DNA from: Candidatus Neomicrothrix sp.
GTDB taxonomy: Bacteria; Actinomycetota; Acidimicrobiia; Acidimicrobiales; Aldehydirespiratoraceae
DNA: 55,200 bases
Direction: 5' to 3'
NCBI GenBank assembly: GCA_017852795.1
Contig: JAFMKU010000008.1
Location: 1 to 55,200 of the forward strand
Both the position numbers and the translations under genes were made by a program. Of the stretch, positions 29,079 through 37,563 are shown piece after piece. Below the pieces are notes generated by a model, which saw nothing but the letters and a program-made list of their open reading frames with translations, was not told where the DNA came from and did no database searches. How positions within the stretch are numbered: position 1 is the first letter of the stretch; each line of letters begins with the position of its first letter.

Positions 29079-29168
29079 AGCCCTAGCGTCACAGACCTGT
29101 TCCGGGGGTGCAAAATCGTTCGCGTTCTGATTTTCGTGCTTTCGGGTCCCGCGTGCGAACATCTGACC

Positions 29169-29942
29169 ATGAGCGAACCCACAACGACCGCACCCACCAG
29201 TCGCAACGGAGAGATTTCCGGGTGGCCAAAACTGGTCATGACCTACCCCACCGCGGAAGGCAACATCGCACCGTTGCTCCCCGCCGGCCTAGAACCGACC
29301 GGTGACAATACGGTCACGGTTGGGATCTACTGCGTGCCGATCCACGGCGAACCCGAATACGGCGTATCGATCAAAGTTCCCGCTCGATGGAACGGCGTGG
29401 ACGGTCTCTACAACCTCGGAATGGGCATCGACCAGGAAGCAGCGGTGTTTATCTCGGCGGAACGCAACGGCCAGCCGAAGTACCTGTGCGATATCGACTA
29501 CTACCGGTTGGGGTCACGGGTCGGCGCCCGTGCCACCCACCAGGGATACACCTTTGTGGAATACCAAGGTGAAGTGACCGGTGAAGCTGGTGCACCGGCC
29601 GGAGACTGGACCGAGCACGAATGGTGGACCAAGTACAGCCGGGAGATCGGTGGAGGCCAGGGTTACGACCTCGCTCCGGTCGTCGTTGACGTGGCCACCA
29701 CCATGGAAACGATCCACGTCGAAACGTTGGACGGCGAACTGCGGTTGCTGGATTCGCCGTGGGATCCGGTATCTCGTTACCTCCCGATGGCTGGCCCTGC
29801 CACGGCAACGCTGGTGACCAACGCCATGAAGAGCCGCAATATCTCCAACGCCGGACCGCTGGATCCCGATGCGTTCTGGAACCACGCCGACGTTATCGGC
29901 GGGAGTCGGTGGCCGGGTGAAAGCGGCGGCCCGCGCTACTAA
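29169..29942 (+). CDS. Acetoacetate-decarboxylase-like (ADC superfamily) protein
   Basis: LLPAGLEP, E...GQPK Schiff-base Lys region, SPWDP. Confidence 0.75.
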   Translation: MSEPTTTAPTSRNGEISGWPKLVMTYPTAEGNIAPLLPAGLEPTGDNTVTVGIYCVPIHGEPEYGVSIKVPARWNGVDGLYNLGMGIDQEAAVFISAERNGQPKYLCDIDYYRLGSRVGARATHQGYTFVEYQGEVTGEAGAPAGDWTEHEWWTKYSREIGGGQGYDLAPVVVDVATTMETIHVETLDGELRLLDSPWDPVSRYLPMAGPATATLVTNAMKSRNISNAGPLDPDAFWNHADVIGGSRWPGESGGPRY

Positions 29943-30018
29943 GCGCTGATGCTCAAACCTCGTCTGGCAACGCCCGCTACGACCGCAACGTCCACGTAGC
30001 GAACCCGAACCGTTCCGG

Positions 30019-31496
30019 CTAGCGGGTGATATACCGATAGGTGCGGGCCATGAACGCCGCCATCTGCTCACGGGTCACAGGATTCTTCGGTGAAAAGGTT
30101 AAATATCCCGTGCCTCTGGTGATCCTCAACTGAAAGATACATCCGATCGGATCGTCGACCCACTCGGAGGTCACATCGGTAAACGGGTGCCTTCCCGAAC
30201 ACGACCTACGCTCGATCGTCTCGATAAACCGGGCGAGGAACGCTGCCATCTGCTCGCGAGTGACCATGTCCGACGGCGAATACTTTCCGGGACCTGGTTG
30301 CTGCCATCAACCCGAACCTTGTACAACACGATCGGGCTACCACCATCACTCAACGGTGCGTTCCACCGGGCTTGAGGTGCGCCCGAATCAGTGAACTCCA
30401 TCACCACGTCAACCGGCACCGACGGGCTCGGTAGCCGCCCGACCGGTTCGGTCGGGCCTGAACCTGCTCCGGAATTGAAGGCTTCCACGCTCACCTGGTA
30501 CTCGGCGTCCGGGTTCAGACTGTTCACGATCGTGCACTTCGTCTCATCGCCGGTTGTCGTGCAGGAGTCGCCGCTGGGTTCCATAGTCGCGACATAGGAG
30601 ATGATCTCGCGACCCCCGTCTTCGGTGGGCGGCGTCCACTCCACGTCCAACATGCCAAGCCTTGTCTGGTACACCCGCACATCGGTTGGCCGATCTGGAC
30701 GATCCCAAATCTCGGCGCTCATCGAGGAGGTGGCCGGGCCTGAGCGCCCCACCACATTGTGGGCATACACCGTGGCCCGATACGAAGAACGCAACTCGAG
30801 CCCCCAAGCCCCTGAAATCACACAGGAGTACTCGTTCGTATCCGGTCGGGCCTGAGCAATGCAGGAACCGGGTTGAGGGTCGGCGAACGCCTGATAGGCG
30901 ACGATTGGGCTGCCCCCCGAATCGGCTGGCGCCGTCCAGATCACACGAAGATGACTCGGCGACGACGTTTCCACCTTCACGTTCTGAGGAGCTCCCGGGA
31001 TCACCACAAAGGTGAGGGGCGTTGATTCGGCAGACCACGCGGACCAGTAGCCAGCCTCGTTGACCGCCCGCACCGACGCCCGGTATTCGACCCCCGGTTC
31101 AAACAGGTCGGTGTCAATAACCGAACAGTTCGGTATCGCCATGCCGGACTCGTCAAAGCCAAGCGTGCAGGTCGCTCCTCCCGGTTCGAGGGTGGCGGTG
31201 TAGCCCACGATCGGGCTCTGCCCGCTGATGTCGGGGGTGCGCCACCAGATACGAAAGCCTTGGGCACCAACCCGACGCAACTGCACGTCATGGGGCGGGT
31301 TTGATGCCAGCGCGGTCACCTCACTGTCTTGCGCCGCTGACTCGGGATCGGCTGTCAACGGACCGGCCGATGCCGGCGTCACGACCAAAGTCAAGCTTGC
31401 CGATGCGACAAGTAGCGCCAGAACAGAACTCAGCACCCTCCTATAGGTAAGGACACTTTCCAGCCGACGTACATCATCCCATTCTCGCATGGGCAC
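30019..31496 (-). pseudogene. Secreted fibronectin type III repeat plus SLH-domain protein, broken by an out-of-frame junction
   Basis: Signal peptide and three FN3 repeats (WxxPxxxGGSPIxxY). A fourth repeat is cut near 30300. SLH motifs (YSPSDMVTREQMAAF, FSPKNPVTREQMAAF) continue in another frame that has a TGA just upstream of the junction. Confidence 0.75.
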
Positions 31497-31577
31497 CAGA
31501 CTGACACTCTTGGAGCGCTTTGTGACTTCGCCCTTTCCGGACCCGCTTGATCTGGGTTACCGAAAGACCGAACGGCG

Positions 31578-32075
31578 TTACTTTCGCAGGCCAGTGAAAC
31601 CGTTGGCGTGCAACTCGAGCCCGGCAACACCGGCCTGCGGGTACATCTCCTCAAAGGTCCGGCTGTACCCGGTGTGCGAAATCCGCCAGCCGGCCTCGGT
31701 CTTGACGTAGCGATCCTCGTAAAACGCCGCGCCTCGCAGGTTCACACTGAAATCACCAACGATCACCTGATCCTCAAGTTTCCAGGTGCCCGTGGCGGTG
31801 CCGTCATCAAAGACATCGATCTCTGGCTGGTGGCAGGCGTGGCTGGACAAAAACTCGACCGACCCCATGCTTTCGTGGAGGAAGGCAATGATCCCCGCCC
31901 GGTCATCAAATGCGTATTTACCGTCGCTGTAGGACGCGGTGCAGTCTTCGGTCAGCACGTCAACCAGCTCATCAAACCGATGCTGGTCAACAAGGCGCAG
32001 GTAGGCGTACTTGCAGCGCTTGATCAACTCAAGCTCAACCAACAGATCCGGGGTCACGGGAAGCAAAGAAGTCAT
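31578..32075 (-). CDS. SnoaL/NTF2-like protein (BaiE/LinA-type dehydratase fold)
   Basis: IKRCKYAYLRLVD, SSHACHQPEI, ATGTW, YEDRY, WRIS. Confidence 0.85.
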   Translation of the reverse strand: MTSLLPVTPDLLVELELIKRCKYAYLRLVDQHRFDELVDVLTEDCTASYSDGKYAFDDRAGIIAFLHESMGSVEFLSSHACHQPEIDVFDDGTATGTWKLEDQVIVGDFSVNLRGAAFYEDRYVKTEAGWRISHTGYSRTFEEMYPQAGVAGLELHANGFTGLRK

Positions 32076-32273
32076 GCCCCTATCGTTGCCTACCTGACCA
32101 GCGGAAGCGATTCGAAACGTCGAACAAACCCGCCGGAGGCAAACCGCGACAGCACGCAGAACCGACCCGACGACGACTCGACGGGCAGCTACGGAGCCTC
32201 ATCGCGCCGGTGCCGACACTCCTCCCAAGGCGAACGCCATGACTCACCACCGCACCAGGCGAAGGTGATTGGG

Positions 32274-32750
32274 TCAGCCCAGAAGCTCAGGGAGTTGCTG
32301 TGCCACCTCTTCTGGCGAAACCATCGGGCTGAACCGAGCCAGAACCTGACCATCGGCTCCGACCAGGAACTTCTCGAAGTTCCAAGTGATGTCGGAGGAC
32401 TCGCCGTCCCCTGGCTGTTCTGACTTCAGCCAGCGATACAACTCGCAGGCATCGTCGCCGTTGACATCAATCTTGGCAAACACCGGAAAATCGATGTCGT
32501 ATTTGTCGGTGATAAACGCCCGGATTTCTTCAGGCGAACCCGGTTCCTGACCACCGAACTGGTTGCACGGGAAACCCAGAACCTGAACCCCGTTGTCATC
32601 ATGATGAAGCGCACGCAGACCTGCGTACTGAGGCGTAAGGCCTCAAGCAGATGCGACGTTGACCACTAGGCAGGCCGAACCGGAGTACTGCGAGAACGAA
32701 ACCTCGTCTCCGGCCAGCGATGCCATTGCAAATTCGTGAAAGCTGGACAT
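32274..32750 (-). CDS. Glutathione peroxidase-family protein, probable selenoprotein (Sec36 from TGA at 32643-32645), 158 aa
   Basis: Manual translation from ATG 32750 gives MSSFHEFAMASLAGDEVSFSQYSGSACLVVNVASA-(TGA)-GLTPQYAGL...LGFPCNQFGGQEPG...FPVFAKIDVNG...WNFEKFLV. The TGA sits exactly at the peroxidatic position of NVASxCGLTPQY, with a SECIS-like hairpin downstream. Confidence 0.93.
32611..32628 (-). promoter_or_regulatory. Bacterial SECIS-like element
   Basis: mRNA UGA-GGCCUUACGCCUCA-GUACGCA-GGUC-UGCGUGC forms a 7-bp stem with a GGUC loop. The apex GCAGGUCUGC is the same as in the E. coli fdhF SECIS. Confidence 0.8.
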
Positions 32751-32804
32751 GACCGAAACGCTATCGCAGCCACGGCAGCGAACCAGCCTGTGATCGTCGC
32801 TGCG

Positions 32805-33839
32805 CTACGCCTTGGATCGTCGGGCCGCCCAGTGGGTGGTCGCTCCCGCAGCCTGGAACCGTTCCGGACGGTCTTCGGGACCCAACAAATCGGTCGCCAA
32901 CCACAGGCGTTTTAACCACCGCACCCGACCAGTGGTCGGATCGTCGACGTACGACCGACGGCCGTGCAGCACGTGATAGTTGTTGATGAACTGCATGTCC
33001 CCGGCGGCAAAAGTCATCTCTACCTGATTGTCGGTCGCGGTGAGTAACGCGTCGAAAGCGTCCATGGCGGCCCGCTGATCGTCGGACAACCGTGGTGCGT
33101 CCGGGTGCCGTTGCGAAGCTTCGATATAGGGCCGTATGTAGCGGACAAACAGACGGTCGCGATGCCGAGAAAACGCGGGCACCCGATAGTAAGGGTCTCC
33201 GCCGTCGCGTTGTTCACCCCGAAAGTCATAGGGCAATCCGCCGTAAAGCACCCCGGCGAGTTCAGGATCCGCAACCACCAGTTGGTTGTGAGCACGAACT
33301 GCGTTGGCTATCAAACTCTCACCGCCCCGAACCCCGGGATCGAGACACAACAAACCGACCAGATCCGAACCGTCGGAATGAAACACCTGTCCTACCCCGC
33401 CAAGCTCGTTGCCTCGCGCGGTGGGATCATCAGGGCGTTTCCCTTGGTCTTTCACATCGCCCAACAGGTGGCCTTTGGCATTCTGCGGCCAGGGAACGCC
33501 GAGGTGAAGCCCGATCCCCCAATAGATCCACGACGAGTCCTCAGTCCCAACCTGTTCCACCGGCAACCCGGAAATTCTCTGGAAGCCGCGGCCGTTGATC
33601 AGTTCGTCGGCGATCTCGGACAGACGAACCGACAGCGTGGGAAGTGGGAACGTTTCACGGCTCACATCCAATACGTCATCGGCTGCGCTGCGAGCAACCG
33701 CGAGGGCCTCGGTCAACTCAACAAGGTCGGTGTCGCTCAACTGGTAGGTCCACCGATTCGAGTCAGCGACGTCAGCGGCGGACCATTCGGCCTGCCGGTC
33801 CAGCACCGTGACCGCACCGGCGGCCAAAGGTTCCGCCAT
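32805..33839 (-). CDS. TauD/TfdA-family 2OG/Fe(II) dioxygenase
   Basis: GRGF, QNAKG, FHSD (HxD), NNYHVLHGR, RLWL. Confidence 0.9.
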   Translation of the reverse strand: MAEPLAAGAVTVLDRQAEWSAADVADSNRWTYQLSDTDLVELTEALAVARSAADDVLDVSRETFPLPTLSVRLSEIADELINGRGFQRISGLPVEQVGTEDSSWIYWGIGLHLGVPWPQNAKGHLLGDVKDQGKRPDDPTARGNELGGVGQVFHSDGSDLVGLLCLDPGVRGGESLIANAVRAHNQLVVADPELAGVLYGGLPYDFRGEQRDGGDPYYRVPAFSRHRDRLFVRYIRPYIEASQRHPDAPRLSDDQRAAMDAFDALLTATDNQVEMTFAAGDMQFINNYHVLHGRRSYVDDPTTGRVRWLKRLWLATDLLGPEDRPERFQAAGATTHWAARRSKA

Positions 33840-33840
33840 C

Positions 33841-35574
33841 TCAGCTCACCGGCGCCGCTTGCGGTCCCCGTACCAACCGGCCCGGCAACGCACCGGTCGC
33901 TTCGCCTGAGGCATAGGTTTCAACCCCGGCCACCAGCGTGTGCAGGTATCCATCGGCTCGCTGCACCACCCGTCGGCCACCACCCGGCAGGTCGTAGCGC
34001 AACTCGGGAGCATGCACCTGCAAACGGTCGAAATCGATCACGTTGAGGTCCGCTCGGAAGCCGGGCGCCAACACCCCTCGGTCGCCCAATCCGACCAGAC
34101 GCGCCGTGTCTCGACATTGACGTTGCACCAGAAACTCGAGATCGATTCGTTCTCGTTGGCGATCACGGCCCCAGTGCTGCAACAGCGTCGTCGGAAACGA
34201 ACCGTCACAGATCGTGCCCACGTGGGCGCCACCGTCGGACAACGACGGCACGGTGAACGGATGGGTCAACAGCTCTCGGGTCCCGTCCAAGTTTCCTTGT
34301 CCATAATTAGAAAACGGAACCCACAACATGGCGGTGCCGTCCTGTTCCAACAGCGCATCCAACGCCACCGCTTCGGCGGTGCGACCGGTGCGGGTCGCGA
34401 TCGCTGCGATCGAAGTGTTCGGGTCGGGTTCGTAGTTCGGGAAGCGACCAAGCGCGAACATCGAATCAAACTTCTCGATCAGCCGACCTCCCACCAACGT
34501 GGCGTCTCGGCCACCAGCCGCAGCCAGAAGCCGTTCCTGGAAGGCCGGGTCTTGGAGGGCCTGAGTGCGTTCAGTCAACGGAAGGTCGGCGACTTCGCGA
34601 TACACCTCGTTGCGAAGAAACGGGTTCAAAGTGCATTCGAACCCGAGCAGCAAACCAATGGGGCGCACCGCGGTCTGGCCGGTAACCATCAGACCATCGG
34701 CTCGAGCTTGCTCTACGTGGGCCAGCAACGCACGGTGATAGTCGAAACTGCGTGAGCTTTCGACCAGCGTGAAACTGATCGGTCGTCCCGACCGTTCGCT
34801 CATGGCCCGCACAATCGCGAACTCGCCGTCAATGTCAGAAAAGTCGCTGACCAATTGCAAGACCCCTCGGCCGGTACGTCCGACCGCTTCGGCGATGCCC
34901 ACCAGTTCCTCTTCGGCCGCAGTCAACGTCGGCGTGAACTCCCCGGTAGACGTGCGATGGTTTTGGGTACGACTGGTGGTGAACCCCAAGAAGCCAGCTT
35001 CGATCGCCTCCGCGGCCAACGACCCCATCTCGGTGATGTCGGCTGCGGTGGCGTCTTCTCGCCGAGCCCCTCGCTCCCCCATCACAAACAACCGCAACGC
35101 CCCATGCGGGACCTGCGCGGCGATGTCCATATCTTTGGCGCCGTCCAGCGCATCGAGGTACTCCGGTAGCGAGTTCCACGTCCACGGCAAACCTTCATGC
35201 AACGCAGTACCGGGGATGTCTTCCACGCCCTCCATCAACTCCACCAACCGTTGATGATCCGATGCATGAACCGGAGCGAACCCGACCCCACAGTTTCCAA
35301 ACACGACGGTCGTCACCCCGTGCCACGACGATGGTTGCATCGTGGACTCCCAGGTGGCTTGGCCGTCGTAATGGGTATGCACATCGACAAACCCGGGGGT
35401 TACCAGTGCGCCATCGGCATTGATCTCTCTCGTCGCAGAACCCAACGAGCCAGCGTCATCTACCGCCACGATCCGCCCATCGGTGACCGCCACGTCCGCG
35501 GTGCGAGCCGGTGCCCCGGTCCCATCGATCACGGTGCCGCCCCGAATCACCACATCAAACTCAGCCATGGCCAC
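33841..35574 (-). CDS. N-acyl-D-amino-acid deacylase-family amidohydrolase
   Basis: PGFVDVHTHYD, HGVTTVVFGNCGVGFAP, SDGGAH, GFRADLNVID. Confidence 0.9.
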   Translation of the reverse strand: MAMAEFDVVIRGGTVIDGTGAPARTADVAVTDGRIVAVDDAGSLGSATREINADGALVTPGFVDVHTHYDGQATWESTMQPSSWHGVTTVVFGNCGVGFAPVHASDHQRLVELMEGVEDIPGTALHEGLPWTWNSLPEYLDALDGAKDMDIAAQVPHGALRLFVMGERGARREDATAADITEMGSLAAEAIEAGFLGFTTSRTQNHRTSTGEFTPTLTAAEEELVGIAEAVGRTGRGVLQLVSDFSDIDGEFAIVRAMSERSGRPISFTLVESSRSFDYHRALLAHVEQARADGLMVTGQTAVRPIGLLLGFECTLNPFLRNEVYREVADLPLTERTQALQDPAFQERLLAAAGGRDATLVGGRLIEKFDSMFALGRFPNYEPDPNTSIAAIATRTGRTAEAVALDALLEQDGTAMLWVPFSNYGQGNLDGTRELLTHPFTVPSLSDGGAHVGTICDGSFPTTLLQHWGRDRQRERIDLEFLVQRQCRDTARLVGLGDRGVLAPGFRADLNVIDFDRLQVHAPELRYDLPGGGRRVVQRADGYLHTLVAGVETYASGEATGALPGRLVRGPQAAPVS

Positions 35575-35619
35575 ATGATGACGGCCACGGGCCGAAAAGG
35601 CCAGTCTGTGTCGCCGCGC

Positions 35620-37539
35620 CTAGGCCGACAGTTCGGGCCGGTTACGGAAATGCTCTAGCGCTTCGGGATTGGCGAGCGCTTCCACGTTGGCTAATGGCCG
35701 TCCGGTGATCACGTCACGCACCGCCAGTTCGGTGATCTTGCCGGAACGAGTTCGCGGAATGTCATCAACCGCCAAAATCACCGACGGCACATGGCGAGGG
35801 GTCACTTCGGAACGAATCCGGGTCCGAATACGGTCCCGTACCTCGTCGGTCAACGCTTCGCCGCCCGCCATCTTCACGAACAGCACGATCCGGGTGTCGC
35901 CGTTCCAGGGTTGGCCCACCACCACGCTTTCTTCGATCTCTGGCATCGTGTCCACCCGCCGATAAATCTCGGCGGTGCCAATCCGTACCCCACCCGGGTT
36001 CAACGTGGCATCAGACCGGCCCGAGATGACATAACCACCGCGAGACGTGCGCGAAACGAAATCGCCGTGGTGCCACAAGCCCGGGAACCGGTCGAAATAG
36101 GCCGCGTCGTAGCGAACATCCCCCGGGTCATCCCAGAACCGCAACGGGGTCGACGGAAACGCCGACCGGCACACCAATTCACCTTCGATCCCATCGGCAA
36201 CCGGGTGACCTTCGGAGTCAACCACGTCGATGTCCATCGCCAGTACCGGCCCTTGGATCTCCCCGGCGTACACCGGAAGCATCGGGTTCCCGCCAACGAG
36301 GCAACCACAGAGGTCGGTTCCTCCCGATATCGACGCCAGATGTAGGTCCGAAGCGATCGAGTCGTACACGAACCGGAACCCTTCCGGGGTCAACGTCGAA
36401 CCGGTCGACGCTAACGCTTTCACCGACGACAACTGGTGGGTTTCGACTGGGCGAACCCCGGCATTGGCGCAGGCATCAAGGAACTTCGCCGACGTCCCGA
36501 ACAGGGTCACCCCAACTTCATCGGCCAGGTCAAACAGGCGGTTCGCGTCCGGAAACGTGGGTGCCCCGTCGTAGAGCACCAGCGTCGCGCCGGTGGCCAG
36601 ACCCGACGCCAACCAGTTCCACATCATCCAACCGGCGGTTGTGAAATAGAACACCCGGTCCCCGGATCGAACATCGCAGTGGAATACGTGCTCGACAAGA
36701 TGCTTCAACAGCACCCCACCGGTGCGGTGCACAATGCATTTGGGTTTGCCCGTCGTGCCCGACGAAAACAAGACGTACCAGGGGTGGTCGAACGGCAGGC
36801 GCTCAAAGGTGGCGGGAACCATCGTCACCGCGTCAAGCCAACCTGGTTCGACCACGATCGAGGCCCGCAGGCTCGGCAAAGCAGCTTCGATCTCGGCTAG
36901 GCGACCCGAACAGTCATGACGCTTGCCGTTGTAGGAATACTCCGGCACCGAAAACAACACGGTCGGTTCGATTTGCCCGAACCGGTCAATCACCCCATCG
37001 GCTCCAAAATCCGGTGAGGTGCTGGCGAACACAGCCCCGAGACCGGCGGCCGCCAACATCACGGCATAGGTTTCGGGTCGGTTCGGCAACCAGGCCACAA
37101 CCGTGTCACCGACCCCTACCCCGGCGTCGCGCAACAGCACCTGCACCCGAGCCACCATCTGGTGCAGATCGGCCCGAGTCACGTCAACCGCTTCGCCGTC
37201 CTCCCCGCGGAACAGCAACGCCAACTCGTCGCTTGGTTCTCCCAGAAGGTTCTCGGCCACGTTCAACGTGGCATCCGGAAGAAACCGGAAGTCCCGCAGC
37301 CGATCCCCTTCGACCAGCAACCGTTCACCGCGGTCACCAACCACCCCAAGCAGATCCCAGACCGCCGCCCAGAACGCTCCGGGGTCGGCAACCGACCAGG
37401 CGTGAACCGCGGCGTAATCGTCGGCGGGAACACCGGACAAGGCCACCCCGTGATGCTGGTGGGCGTACTGAAACAGTCGGTTCAGGTTGGCGCTCGACAC
37501 CCGGCTTGGAGATGGAGACCACAAAGGCACATCGGTCAT
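35620..37539 (-). CDS. Acetoacetate--CoA ligase
   Basis: FSSGTTGKPKCIVH, GWMMWNW, SISGGTD, GRSDATLNPGGVRIGTAEIY, PRTRSGK. Confidence 0.93.
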   Translation of the reverse strand: MTDVPLWSPSPSRVSSANLNRLFQYAHQHHGVALSGVPADDYAAVHAWSVADPGAFWAAVWDLLGVVGDRGERLLVEGDRLRDFRFLPDATLNVAENLLGEPSDELALLFRGEDGEAVDVTRADLHQMVARVQVLLRDAGVGVGDTVVAWLPNRPETYAVMLAAAGLGAVFASTSPDFGADGVIDRFGQIEPTVLFSVPEYSYNGKRHDCSGRLAEIEAALPSLRASIVVEPGWLDAVTMVPATFERLPFDHPWYVLFSSGTTGKPKCIVHRTGGVLLKHLVEHVFHCDVRSGDRVFYFTTAGWMMWNWLASGLATGATLVLYDGAPTFPDANRLFDLADEVGVTLFGTSAKFLDACANAGVRPVETHQLSSVKALASTGSTLTPEGFRFVYDSIASDLHLASISGGTDLCGCLVGGNPMLPVYAGEIQGPVLAMDIDVVDSEGHPVADGIEGELVCRSAFPSTPLRFWDDPGDVRYDAAYFDRFPGLWHHGDFVSRTSRGGYVISGRSDATLNPGGVRIGTAEIYRRVDTMPEIEESVVVGQPWNGDTRIVLFVKMAGGEALTDEVRDRIRTRIRSEVTPRHVPSVILAVDDIPRTRSGKITELAVRDVITGRPLANVEALANPEALEHFRNRPELSA

Positions 37540-37563
37540 GAACTCCCACACTACGGTCTCTGC

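Noticed and set aside
30171-30330. Programmed ribosomal frameshift joining the FN3 and SLH frames
   Set aside because: No slippery heptamer at the junction, and both domains are truncated there, which fits a deletion better.
32076-32273. 198-bp gap between gpx and the SnoaL-like gene as an sRNA or 3'-UTR SECIS
   Set aside because: No convincing stable structure or ORF was recognised, and the in-frame SECIS-like hairpin already explains the recoding.
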